The notes under the pieces were generated by a model that worked only from the letters and a program-made list of their open reading frames with translations, was not told the DNA's origin and did not search any database. From the NCBI GenBank assembly GCA_900317715.1, contig ONHS01000003.1, forward strand, positions 7,954-71,953: 64,000 nucleotides of DNA. The letters are read 5' to 3'. Numbering within the stretch: position 1 is the first letter of the stretch; each line of letters begins with the position of its first letter. Of the stretch, positions 24,135 to 33,678 are shown piece after piece. The position numbers were made by a program, and so were the translations under genes. This stretch comes from an uncultured Bacteroidales bacterium. Its GTDB lineage: Bacteria > Bacteroidota > Bacteroidia > Bacteroidales > WCHB1-69.

Positions 24135-25994
24135 ATGAAGAAACATTGGGTAAAAAAAGAGCTTCCAGACGAATCCGTAGTTACGCAACTATGTGAGCAT
24201 CTGCAACTTGAGCGGCCTCTCGCCACTCTGTTGGCTCAGCGTGGCATCACCACGGTGCAGCAAGCGCGTGACTTTTTTGAACCCAATATTGAGCAATTAC
24301 ACGACCCTTTTCTGATGAAAGACATGAACATCGCGGTGGATCGGCTCTCCAAAGCCATCATCCACGATGAGAAAATCATGGTCTATGGCGACTACGACGT
24401 GGACGGCACCTCCGCCGTGGCATTGGTCTATTCGTTCCTGTGCGAAATCCGCGGCATCGACGCGCATGAGTACATCAAATTCTACATTCCCGACCGCTAT
24501 ACGGAAGGCTATGGCATCACGGAAAAGGGCATCAACTACTGCAAGGAAAACGGCATCAACTTGCTGATTTCCCTGGACTGTGGCATCAAAGCCAACGACA
24601 TGGTCGATCTGGCTAACCAATACGGCATCGATGTCATCATCACCGACCACCACCTCGAAGGCGAAACGCTGCCCAACGCGCTCGCCATCCTCGACCCCAA
24701 ACGGAAAGATTGTACCTACCCTTACAAGGAACTCTCCGGTTGCGGCGTCGGCTTCAAGCTCGTGCAGGGTTACTGTTTCAAAAACGAACTGCCTGACGAA
24801 CTATGGCTGAAACGCATGGACCTCGTGGCGGTGAGCATCGCTTGCGACATTGTGGCCATCACCGGCGAAAACCGCATCCTCGCCCACTTCGGCTTGGAAA
24901 TGATCAACAAAGTGCCCCGCATGGGCATCCGCACTATCCTCGACCAAGCGGGCATCAAGATGAGAACTTATCCGCCTTTCCGCGAAGATACCTTCTTCAC
25001 GAGAGTCATATCTATCTCCGACTTAGTGTTTTACGTCGGACCGCGTATCAACGCCGCCGGCAGAATCAAAAGCGCGAAAGAGTCCGTCCGTCTCTTCATT
25101 GTGGAAGACGAGGACAAATCAATGGAGATCAGCACCCGCATCAACAAGCAGAACAACGAACGGAAGCAGAAGGACAAAAACGCCACGGAAGAGGCGATGG
25201 ATATGATCCGCAATTCGCACGAATTCGAGAACAGAAAGAGCATCGTCATCTATAACCCGCAATGGGAAAAAGGCATCATCGGTATCGTTGCATCACGTTT
25301 GGTGGAGGAATTCTACAAACCCACCATCGTGTTAATGCGCTCAGACGACGGCCTGATCACCGGTTCCGCACGTTCCGTCAAGGAATTCAACATTTACGAC
25401 GGCATTGATTCTTGCGCCGACCTGCTGGAACACTTCGGCGGACACAAATACGCGGCAGGTCTTACCATGAAAGAGGAAAATTACGAAGAGTTCTCACAGC
25501 GTTTTGAAGAATATGTAAAGGATAATCTGGACGAATCGTCATACGAACCCGAGATTTCCGTAGATATGATGCTGAAACTCTCCGAAATCACTCCGAACTT
25601 CCTCAACCAGCTGAAGAAATTCGCTCCGTTCGGACCCGGCAACATGGAACCCGTCTTTGAAACAGACGGCGTGGTAGATGAAGGCAACGCCCGTATCGTG
25701 GGTGACAAGCATTTGAAATGCAGATTGTTAAGTCCTTACGAAAGAAGCAACTCCTTTGACGGTATCGCCTTTAACCAAAAGGCCCAGCTACCCATCATCA
25801 GCAACTCAAAACCCTTCAATGTCCTCTATCATGTGGAGGAAAACCGATGGAACAATACGGTGAGTACACAGCTCAATATCAAGGACATAGAGCCAGCTAC
25901 ACTGGAAACAGCACATAACGAGGCATCCTCATCATCACAGAACGATTACACCTACCGCACCAGCAGCGACAAAAAAGAGGATTTTTCTGCATAA
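24135..25994 (+). CDS. recJ: Single-stranded-DNA-specific exonuclease RecJ
   Basis: DHH family motifs (VYGDYDVDGTSA, ITDHH) and DHHA1 (GGHKYAAG). 619 aa. Confidence 0.92.
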   Translation: MKKHWVKKELPDESVVTQLCEHLQLERPLATLLAQRGITTVQQARDFFEPNIEQLHDPFLMKDMNIAVDRLSKAIIHDEKIMVYGDYDVDGTSAVALVYSFLCEIRGIDAHEYIKFYIPDRYTEGYGITEKGINYCKENGINLLISLDCGIKANDMVDLANQYGIDVIITDHHLEGETLPNALAILDPKRKDCTYPYKELSGCGVGFKLVQGYCFKNELPDELWLKRMDLVAVSIACDIVAITGENRILAHFGLEMINKVPRMGIRTILDQAGIKMRTYPPFREDTFFTRVISISDLVFYVGPRINAAGRIKSAKESVRLFIVEDEDKSMEISTRINKQNNERKQKDKNATEEAMDMIRNSHEFENRKSIVIYNPQWEKGIIGIVASRLVEEFYKPTIVLMRSDDGLITGSARSVKEFNIYDGIDSCADLLEHFGGHKYAAGLTMKEENYEEFSQRFEEYVKDNLDESSYEPEISVDMMLKLSEITPNFLNQLKKFAPFGPGNMEPVFETDGVVDEGNARIVGDKHLKCRLLSPYERSNSFDGIAFNQKAQLPIISNSKPFNVLYHVEENRWNNTVSTQLNIKDIEPATLETAHNEASSSSQNDYTYRTSSDKKEDFSA

Positions 25995-26018
25995 ATCGCT
26001 TAACAACAGACTATTAGC

Positions 26019-27137
26019 ATGAAAATAGCCGTCAACACACGACTGCTCCTGAAAAACAGACTTGAAGGCATCGGACATTTTTCTTACGAAAACCTTCGTC
26101 GAATCACGAAAGCACATCCCGAACATCAATTCTATTTCCTGTTTGACCGTCCATACGACGATTCTTTCGTCTTTAGCGATAATATCACCCCTATGGTAGC
26201 CTATCCCCAGGCTCGCCATCCTTATTTGTGGTATCTGTTTTTTGAGTATGGTATTCCATGGAAGCTCAAAGAGATAAAACCTGATTTATTTCTCTCTACC
26301 GATGGCTGGATCCCTACAAAGCTCGACATCCCCGTCGTGAATGTGATTCACGATTTGAATTTTGTGCACCATCCTGAATTCATCAAGCCCGTGGTGCGCC
26401 GCTATTACGATCGTTTCTTCCCGAAGTTTGCGCGCAACGCCACACGACTGGCCACCGTTTCTGAATTCAGCCGTCAAGACATTCACGATAGTTATCAGGT
26501 TCCTTTGGATCGGATTGACGTGGTCTTCAACGGAGCCAATCCCATCTATGCCCCTCTCGATGAACAGCAGCAAAGGCTTGTCAAACAAGAATATACGAAC
26601 GGGTGCGACTTCTTCCTATTCGTAGGCTTAATTCATAAGCGCAAGAACTTGGACAACATTTTCAGGGCTTTTGATGCCTTCAAGGGCCATACCGCCAGTA
26701 ACGTGAAATTGGTGGTCGTGGGCGACAAAAAGTGGTGGGCTGGAGAGATAGAGGACACCTATCTTCAAATGCAATATCGAGAGGATGTCGTGATGCTTGG
26801 CCGTCAACAATTAGACACCCTGAGCAAGCTCACCGCTTCTGCCATCGCGCTCGTATATGCCTCATTATTCGAAGGTTTCGGGATACCCATTGTGGATGCC
26901 TTTAATGCGCACACACCTGTCATCACCTCTAACGTCACCTCTATGCCGGAAATCGCCGGAGATGCCGCTTTGATCGTGGACCCATACAAACCCGAGTCCA
27001 TCGCCGAAGCCATGATCCGTATTTTCGAAGACGAAAACCTTCGAAAAACACTGATAGAGAAGGGAGATGCCCGAAAAGGTATCTTCACTTGGGAGCGTTC
27101 AGCCGAGCGGCTATGGCAGTGTATAGAGAAAGCCTAA
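26019..27137 (+). CDS. Glycosyltransferase, GT4 (GT-B fold) family
   Basis: The C-terminal half has the EGFGIP..DA motif (LFEGFGIPIVDAF) and the typical GT1/GT4 layout. Confidence 0.8.
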   Translation: MKIAVNTRLLLKNRLEGIGHFSYENLRRITKAHPEHQFYFLFDRPYDDSFVFSDNITPMVAYPQARHPYLWYLFFEYGIPWKLKEIKPDLFLSTDGWIPTKLDIPVVNVIHDLNFVHHPEFIKPVVRRYYDRFFPKFARNATRLATVSEFSRQDIHDSYQVPLDRIDVVFNGANPIYAPLDEQQQRLVKQEYTNGCDFFLFVGLIHKRKNLDNIFRAFDAFKGHTASNVKLVVVGDKKWWAGEIEDTYLQMQYREDVVMLGRQQLDTLSKLTASAIALVYASLFEGFGIPIVDAFNAHTPVITSNVTSMPEIAGDAALIVDPYKPESIAEAMIRIFEDENLRKTLIEKGDARKGIFTWERSAERLWQCIEKA

Positions 27138-27143
27138 GCGCAT

Positions 27144-27175
27144 AAAAAAAGCAGGGATAATTCCCTGCTTTTTTT
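27144..27175. terminator. Bidirectional rho-independent terminator
   Basis: A7 - GCAGGGA-taat-TCCCTGC - T7, between the convergent genes ending at 27137 (+) and 27194 (-). Confidence 0.85.
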
Positions 27176-27193
27176 ATGTATCTGGATAATCTA

Positions 27194-28138
27194 TTAGAAT
27201 TTACTCTCGTTGTCCAACAACATTTTGTTTTTCTTGTTGTATCCGAGAATCAACATCGTCTCGAAGAGCATGCAAACCACCATGATAACGATAGCGACCA
27301 CTACCATAGTAGCATGATTGGCTTTGGTGTAGAAGGCACCTTCACGGAAGAATGTGCTGTACAGGATGAAATTCATCACCCACACGCTACAAAGCAGGAA
27401 GCCCCACCAAATAGCCATATAAAGGCTGGAATTATCCACTTTATTCTCATTACGAACCACCACGTCAACATTTTCCAACGCGTAATCCGTCTCTTCCCAA
27501 ATCTCCTTGAAGAAGGAGAGGGGTTTCACGAGATTATAAATGGGAACGAACCAAGCAACGTATGACATCCAAGGTTTCATACCGCTGTTCATCCAAGGAG
27601 CGATGGCACGCAAATTCTTATTGTTTTTAGAACCCCAGAAAGCGAAAAGGAGCGTTTTAGCCAAGAAAGCAACGATAGTCAAACAGGCAATCACCCAGAA
27701 TTTCTTCTTTGCCGCATTGTTGGCTTCATTCAAATTATCCCAATTCTGCTGAGCGGGCATATATTGCGTCTCCAGTTCAGCAAGTGATTTCAAATGTTCT
27801 TCTTGAGCTTTTTGCTTATCAGCCAAAGTTTGTTTGGTGTTTTCGATGCTCTCGCTCAACGCTTTCTTCTCATCCTTATTAGTCGCCGTTTTCTGTTGCA
27901 GCGTGTCTAACTTATACTGATAGTAAGCCACTTCTGCGCTGTCTTGGCGCAAAGGGTGCTGAGCCATCGCATAATCCTCATACAACTTATTGTAATGATT
28001 GCGTTCTTGGATTACGGCTGAATTCGTTTTGTCAAATTTCATCAAAAACAGCATAGAAATGATGAAAAGGACCAAAACCACCACATTACAAAGCAGAATA
28101 ACTTTGCCCAAACCGGTGTTGTCTGTCAATTTTTTCAT
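27194..28138 (-). CDS. Membrane protein with a central coiled coil, DUF4328-like
   Basis: ATG start. TM segments flank a long Q/K/E-rich helix. The C-terminal WFVPIYNLVKP motif resembles DUF4328. The family call is tentative. Confidence 0.6.
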   Translation of the reverse strand: MKKLTDNTGLGKVILLCNVVVLVLFIISMLFLMKFDKTNSAVIQERNHYNKLYEDYAMAQHPLRQDSAEVAYYQYKLDTLQQKTATNKDEKKALSESIENTKQTLADKQKAQEEHLKSLAELETQYMPAQQNWDNLNEANNAAKKKFWVIACLTIVAFLAKTLLFAFWGSKNNKNLRAIAPWMNSGMKPWMSYVAWFVPIYNLVKPLSFFKEIWEETDYALENVDVVVRNENKVDNSSLYMAIWWGFLLCSVWVMNFILYSTFFREGAFYTKANHATMVVVAIVIMVVCMLFETMLILGYNKKNKMLLDNESKF

Positions 28139-28207
28139 ACTTGAATTTATTTTATATTACTAATTTTCAATATTTTACAGCGTAAAGATATTTTACATTA
28201 AGCGTAG

Positions 28208-28215
28208 CAAAAGTA
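28208..28215 (-). promoter_or_regulatory. -7 promoter box TACTTTTG (minus strand)
   Basis: Exact TAnnTTTG 70 nt upstream of ATG 28138. Confidence 0.4.
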
Positions 28216-28270
28216 ATAAAAAAATCTATACCTTAACGCACTGTTGAAAAAAAAGGAAAATCTATCTCTA

Positions 28271-28966
28271 TTACTTGAAAAAATGCTTTTTCTTAAACCT
28301 GAGATAGGCGCTCTCATTGAAACGATAATACTTCGGGGCGCGAGGTGATTTGGGCAATTGGGTAAGTTCTAGAATATTGGTTACCAGCCCGATAGCGACC
28401 CAATGCTTCTGGAAATTCCGACGATCGATTTTGCAATTGTAAACCGACGACCAAAGCCGTCCGAGTTCGGGAAGAGTGAACTCATCTTCCAGAAGATAGA
28501 AAAAATAGGGGGAGAGCTTGATTGAGGTGCGCAACGACTCGATAGCCTTTTGCAACACCTCAGCATGGTCAAACGCCAATTCCGGCAATTCGTAAATATT
28601 AAACCACTGGGTATCAGCAGCATCGTCACCAGCTTGCGCTTCACCGCCATGTATGAAAGAGTAATAAACGACTGAAATCACACGTCCTCGCGGGTCGCGA
28701 TTCACGCCACTGCATGAGAACAACTCTTCCGTATATCGGGGCACGATGCCCGTTTCTTCCTTCAGCTCGCGCAACGCAGCCTCCTTCAAGGTTTCATCCT
28801 CATTCAAGAAACCGCCAGGCAATGCCCACATCCCTTTGTATGGGTCATTTCCGCGTTGCACCAAAAGCACCTGCAACGACTTCCCGTCAAAACGATACAC
28901 CACGTTATCCGCCGCCACCGCCGGCCGCCAATAATCGTATTGGTATTTTTTTGTGTTACTATCCAT
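28271..28966 (-). CDS. NUDIX hydrolase with a C-terminal winged-helix domain (NrtR-like architecture)
   Basis: Nudix box GGFLNEDETLKEAALRELKEETGI. The C-terminal ~90 aa resemble the NrtR wHTH region. Confidence 0.8.
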   Translation of the reverse strand: MDSNTKKYQYDYWRPAVAADNVVYRFDGKSLQVLLVQRGNDPYKGMWALPGGFLNEDETLKEAALRELKEETGIVPRYTEELFSCSGVNRDPRGRVISVVYYSFIHGGEAQAGDDAADTQWFNIYELPELAFDHAEVLQKAIESLRTSIKLSPYFFYLLEDEFTLPELGRLWSSVYNCKIDRRNFQKHWVAIGLVTNILELTQLPKSPRAPKYYRFNESAYLRFKKKHFFK

Positions 28967-29002
28967 TGTTTTGATTTTATTCTATGAACATTCCCCAAAA
29001 GC

Positions 29003-29044
29003 CAACAGCCAAAAGCCAACAGCTAACAGCTAACAGCCAAAGAC
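29003..29044. repeat. Degenerate heptamer array (CAACAGC / TAACAGC; complement TTAGCTG family)
   Basis: Six units read directly. The last ~7 codons and the TAG stop of tex lie inside the array. Confidence 0.85.
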
Positions 29045-31161
29045 AGGCTTATCCGCTTGCGTTCCACCTCAACGCCCTCCACCTTCACCATCACTTGTTG
29101 ATTGAGATGCACGACTTCGTTGGGGTCGGAGATGCGGCGGTCGCTCAACCGACTGATGTGGATAAGACCGTCCTGATGCACACCAATATCGACGAAACAA
29201 CCGAAGTTGGTGATATTCGTAATGATGCCAGGAAGCACCATTCCAGGTGTTAAATCATTGATAGTATGTACGTTCTTGTCAAATTCAAACATCTCGAACT
29301 GAGAGCGCGGGTCACGACCCGGTTTCGCCAACTCCTTCATGATGTCCTCCAAGGTAGGAAGCCCCACTTTGTCTGTGATGTATTTCGTCAAGACGATCTG
29401 CTGTCTAAGTTCCTTGTTTTTAATCAAATCCGCAATGGAGCAGTTCAAGTCCTTCGCCATTTTCTCGACCACCTTATAGCTTTCCGGATGCACTGCGCTA
29501 CCATCCAATGGATTTTCCGCTTCGCGAATGCGCAGGAATCCAGCCGCCTGTTGAAAGGCCTTCGCGCCAAAACGCGGCACCTTCTTCAACCCTTCGCGCG
29601 AAGTAAAAGGACCGTTCTCGTTGCGATAATCGACAATGTTCTGCGCCAGGGCGGGTCCCACACCCGAAACATACGACAGCAGTTGCTTACTGGCCGTGTT
29701 CAACTCCACGCCCACATAGTTCACGCAACTCTCGACGGTCGTTTGCAGACTCTCCTGCAACATCTTTTGGTTCACATCATGCTGGTACTGCCCTACCCCG
29801 ATGGATTTCGGGTCGATTTTCACCAACTCGGCCAGCGGGTCCATCAGTCTGCGACCAATAGATACAGCACCGCGCACGGTCACATCGTAATCCGGAAACT
29901 CCTCGCGCGCCACGGGCGATGCCGAATAGACCGACGCACCGCTCTCGTTCACCATGTATGCTTTCACATCGCGCTCGAACGGAATGTAACGAACGAAATT
30001 CTCCGTCTCCCGTCCTGCGGTACCATTGCCAATAGCTATCGCATCCACTTGATACTGAAGCACTAAGCGTTTCAACTTGTCGGATGCCAACTTATATTGC
30101 CCCACCGGCGGATGCGGGTAAATCGTCTCGTTGTAGAGCAGTTTTCCTTGCGGATTGAGGATGACGACTTTGCAACCCGTGCGGAATCCCGGGTCGATGG
30201 CCAACGTGGTCACCTGTCCCAACGGAGCGGCCAACAGCAGTTGTCGTGCGTTTTTCGTAAACACTGAAATAGCCTCTTTATCAGCCTTTTCCTTGTAGAA
30301 TTTGCGCATTTCCGTCTCCATTTGCGGTTGCAGCAGTCGTTTGTAGCTATCCGTGACAGCCATCCACACCTGCTGCGCCCCGTTGCTGTTGTTCTTGATG
30401 AGACGGTGTTTCAAGTCTGCGAGCGTACGTTCCTCGTCGGGCGCGATATGCAAGCGCAGGATGCCTTCCTCCTCGCCACGAAACATGGCTAAAATGCGGT
30501 GTGACGGGGCCTTGGCGAGCAATTCCTCCGCATTGTAATAGATGCGGTACTTCTCTCCTTCGTCGATTTTGTCCGGAATCTTGCGTGTGGAGATACGGCT
30601 GTAACGCAGAAAGGTGCTGCGCAAACGGGCGCGAACGCCGGTATTCTCGCTGACCAACTCCGCGATGATGTCGCGCGCACCGGCCAGCGCCTCCTCTTCA
30701 GAAGCCACGCCTTTCTCCTCACTGACATACTTGGCCGCCTCGCGTTGCAGATCAATCGGACGTTGCTGCCACAACAGTTTTGCCAACGGCTGCAAACCTT
30801 TCTCGACAGCCACGGTGGCGCGCGTCTTACGTTTGGGCCGATATGGCAGATAGATATCCTCCAGCACACTTATCGTGTCGGCCTGCTCGATTTTCTCGCG
30901 CAGCTCGGGGGTTAATTTCCCTTGTTCTGTAAGAGAATCCAAAATGGCTGCCCTACGCTTGTCCAACTCTAACCATTTGGCATACAGATCTTTAATATCG
31001 CCAATCTGCACCTCGTCCAACGAACCAGTCGCCTCCTTGCGATAACGGGAAATAAAGGGGATGGTGGCACCCGTCTCCAAAAGATTCAAAGTGTTCTGCA
31101 CCTGCTCCTCCGTGAGATTCAAGGCCTGCGCAATCCGTAAAGCGTAATTCTGCTCTGCCAT
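29023..31161 (-). CDS. tex: Tex-like transcription accessory protein (YqgF/HHH/S1 domains)
   Basis: ATG start, 712 aa. N-terminal Tex domain (IPFISRYRKEATG), a YqgF-like core and a C-terminal S1 domain (GMVLPGIITNITNFGCFVDIG). Confidence 0.92.
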   Translation of the reverse strand: MAEQNYALRIAQALNLTEEQVQNTLNLLETGATIPFISRYRKEATGSLDEVQIGDIKDLYAKWLELDKRRAAILDSLTEQGKLTPELREKIEQADTISVLEDIYLPYRPKRKTRATVAVEKGLQPLAKLLWQQRPIDLQREAAKYVSEEKGVASEEEALAGARDIIAELVSENTGVRARLRSTFLRYSRISTRKIPDKIDEGEKYRIYYNAEELLAKAPSHRILAMFRGEEEGILRLHIAPDEERTLADLKHRLIKNNSNGAQQVWMAVTDSYKRLLQPQMETEMRKFYKEKADKEAISVFTKNARQLLLAAPLGQVTTLAIDPGFRTGCKVVILNPQGKLLYNETIYPHPPVGQYKLASDKLKRLVLQYQVDAIAIGNGTAGRETENFVRYIPFERDVKAYMVNESGASVYSASPVAREEFPDYDVTVRGAVSIGRRLMDPLAELVKIDPKSIGVGQYQHDVNQKMLQESLQTTVESCVNYVGVELNTASKQLLSYVSGVGPALAQNIVDYRNENGPFTSREGLKKVPRFGAKAFQQAAGFLRIREAENPLDGSAVHPESYKVVEKMAKDLNCSIADLIKNKELRQQIVLTKYITDKVGLPTLEDIMKELAKPGRDPRSQFEMFEFDKNVHTINDLTPGMVLPGIITNITNFGCFVDIGVHQDGLIHISRLSDRRISDPNEVVHLNQQVMVKVEGVEVERKRISLSLAVSC

Positions 31162-31176
31162 CTTGATTGTTTTTTT

Positions 31177-31325
31177 GACTTATGACGTTGGACGTATGAT
31201 TTTGATTTATGATTTATGACGTTGAAAATATAACTATTTACTCGTAATCTTATCTCAAGTCACACGTCACACGTCACACGTCACACGTCACACGTCATAA
31301 AACACACGTCACACGTCAACGTCTC
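31177..31325. repeat. Two opposed heptamer arrays: GACTTAT/GACGTAT/ATTTATG (31177-31233) and GTCACAC/GTCATAA (31259-31325)
   Basis: Read directly. The GACGTAT family is the reverse complement (by rotation) of the GTCATAC family, giving an imperfect long inverted repeat. Confidence 0.88.
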
Positions 31326-32189
31326 TTACTCTTTCACAATCTCTAACAATTCAATATCGAATTCCAGCGGGGTGTAGGGCGGAATTCCGCGAGTGCCTTC
31401 GCCGTATGCCAAACTGGAGGGGATGAGCACCGTCACCTTGTCGCCAACACGCATGTCTGCCACCGTAGCATCCCAACCAGGAATCACCTGACCGGCACCT
31501 ACCATGAAGACGAACGGTTCACCGCGATCCACAGAGCTGTCAAACTTCGTTCCATCTGTAAAACGACCTGTATAGTGCACTTTCACCGTCTGCATGGGTT
31601 CCACTTTATCGCCATTACCCTTCTTGACCGTCTTCACATAAACACCTGACTTTGATTGCACCATGCCCTTATGACTCTGAAGATATGCGTCAATTTCCTC
31701 TACTTCCTTCACTTTGCGCTCATCCAATTGGGCTTCATATTCAGCTTTGGCTCTCTCAAAATCAACTTTTTTCATCAAGCCATACAATTTCACATCCAAA
31801 TAGAGCGGATCTTCGCCAAATTCGTATTCTTGTCCAGGATTCATCATCTTCTCGAAGAACTGTTTCCCGTCCAAAATGAAAGTGGCGCTGTCACCTACGT
31901 GCATCATGCGCAATGCTTCAAACATATCTCCTTGATAGAGAGAGTCCATCACCATTTCATTGGGCATCATCGGGAAGAGGAGTGAATCGCCGGCGCGAAG
32001 GGACATCAAAAGACCCACCAAGTCGCCCGTATGAGGCTGAGCAGCGGTATCGTGAATATCGCCGTGGAATTGGTAGTAGATACCTGATTTGTCTTTTTTG
32101 AATCCTTTGTATTTGCTACAAGCGCCAAAGGCCAAAACAGTGATTAAAGCCAAGCCTAACAAGGCTAAAGTTCTTACGTTTCTTTTCAT
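31326..32189 (-). CDS. FKBP-type peptidyl-prolyl cis-trans isomerase lipoprotein
   Basis: The track start at 32198 is TTG. ATG 32189 gives MKRNVRTLALLGLALITVLAFGAC. C-terminal FKBP domain (VKVHYTGRFTDGTKFDSS...GQVIPGWD...LEFDIELL). Confidence 0.88.
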   Translation of the reverse strand: MKRNVRTLALLGLALITVLAFGACSKYKGFKKDKSGIYYQFHGDIHDTAAQPHTGDLVGLLMSLRAGDSLLFPMMPNEMVMDSLYQGDMFEALRMMHVGDSATFILDGKQFFEKMMNPGQEYEFGEDPLYLDVKLYGLMKKVDFERAKAEYEAQLDERKVKEVEEIDAYLQSHKGMVQSKSGVYVKTVKKGNGDKVEPMQTVKVHYTGRFTDGTKFDSSVDRGEPFVFMVGAGQVIPGWDATVADMRVGDKVTVLIPSSLAYGEGTRGIPPYTPLEFDIELLEIVKE

Positions 32190-32228
32190 TTTCTTCAATT
32201 TTATACGATTAACAATAATTTTATCTCT

Positions 32229-33089
32229 TTATTCTTCAATATTAAGCAATTCCAATTCATAAACGACAGGTGTGTAGGGAGGAATGTTGAATTCCTCGCT
32301 GCCTCTCTCCCCATACGCCAATGAAGACGGCACCGCCATCGTGATACGATCTCCCACGCTCATAATGGGCAATATCGCATCCCATGCTATGGCCGCTTGC
32401 CCCTTTCCCAACTCAAAGGTTAACGGCGAAGCAGGATCCATGCATGAGACAAACACACTGTTATCCAATCGCAAACCACGATACAAGACCTGAACTTTCT
32501 GATCTTTAACGGGTTTAGTGCCTTCTTCCACTTTCGTATTATAGTAATAATAAATGCCGTGATAGGTAGAATAATCCAAAAAATATCGATCGACGTACTC
32601 CCAAATCAAGGAATCTTCTTTTTGACGGATTCGCTCCATTTGTTCATTATACATTTCCTCTGCCCTATCTAAATTCTGCTTCAATGTGATTTTCAGCAAC
32701 TTAACATCCGCATAGATGGGAGCCTTCCCGTAGGGATAGTCCCCCATGCACAGGAATTCTTCGTAAAACTTACGGCCGTCAAAGATAAAAGTCGCACTGT
32801 CTCCCAAATGCATACTACGAAGTGCGCTGAAGATATCCCCACGATAAAGATTGTCAATTACCATGTTATTGTGGGTCATCGGTGTGATAACCGCATCGTC
32901 GGTGCGCAGACACATGTTCACCACCACGAAATCGCCCATGTCCGGTTTCGGGTTTTGCTCATTTATCTGATGGAACTGATAGTAAAAACCTGACGAATCG
33001 CGTTTGAATCCGCTGTATTTCCGACAAGAAACCGTCGAAATGCACAACACTGACACCAATATCCATATAAGACGATTGTGTTTCATCAT
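32229..33089 (-). CDS. FKBP-type PPIase-like lipoprotein (diverged)
   Basis: Lipobox ISTVSC. Same two-domain layout as 31326-32189. Diverged FKBP C-terminal domain. Confidence 0.8.
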   Translation of the reverse strand: MMKHNRLIWILVSVLCISTVSCRKYSGFKRDSSGFYYQFHQINEQNPKPDMGDFVVVNMCLRTDDAVITPMTHNNMVIDNLYRGDIFSALRSMHLGDSATFIFDGRKFYEEFLCMGDYPYGKAPIYADVKLLKITLKQNLDRAEEMYNEQMERIRQKEDSLIWEYVDRYFLDYSTYHGIYYYYNTKVEEGTKPVKDQKVQVLYRGLRLDNSVFVSCMDPASPLTFELGKGQAAIAWDAILPIMSVGDRITMAVPSSLAYGERGSEEFNIPPYTPVVYELELLNIEE

Positions 33090-33091
33090 GA

Positions 33092-33676
33092 TTAATAGTT
33101 ATAAGGGTTTGCAAGAAATTTTTCTTGTGATGGTTTTTGATTTTCGGTAAGATGGATTTCCATCATAATCGGCTGAAGACCTTGGATACGGTCGCCATCG
33201 CCGGCCACGCCGTAAGCCAGATACGACGGAATCACAAGCCGTGCTTTGGCATCGGGCCGCAACATCTGCACCGCTTCGTGCAATGCGTCAATTCCTTCAG
33301 AACGATTTACAACGAAATGCTGAGGTCCAAGACTGTCAGAGCAATATATCATCTCACCCGTAAGTAAAAAAGTGCGGTACTCCAGATTCACCGGATCACC
33401 TTCTTTATACAAATCGCCTTTGCCGGGGTCGAGAATTTCAATATAAAGTCCTGATGGCGTACGTTGCATTTGCCAGCCATAACGCTGGATGAACATCTGC
33501 ATCTCCTCGTTCTCACGCCGCATAATGTTCTTGTTGCCTTCCACGTAAGGAGCATCTTTGTCGTCCTTTGTCCCTTCGGAAGAAGAAACAACACTGCCCG
33601 TGGTCTTCTGGTCACAGCTTACCATCAGACCACACGCTGATACAAGCAACATTATGATAATGAAATACTTACGCAT
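33092..33676 (-). CDS. FKBP-type PPIase-like lipoprotein (short, diverged)
   Basis: Lipobox LLVSAC. FKBP-like C-terminus (VNLEYRTFLL.G...LVIPSYLAYG). Confidence 0.75.
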   Translation of the reverse strand: MRKYFIIIMLLVSACGLMVSCDQKTTGSVVSSSEGTKDDKDAPYVEGNKNIMRRENEEMQMFIQRYGWQMQRTPSGLYIEILDPGKGDLYKEGDPVNLEYRTFLLTGEMIYCSDSLGPQHFVVNRSEGIDALHEAVQMLRPDAKARLVIPSYLAYGVAGDGDRIQGLQPIMMEIHLTENQKPSQEKFLANPYNY

Positions 33677-33678
33677 AC

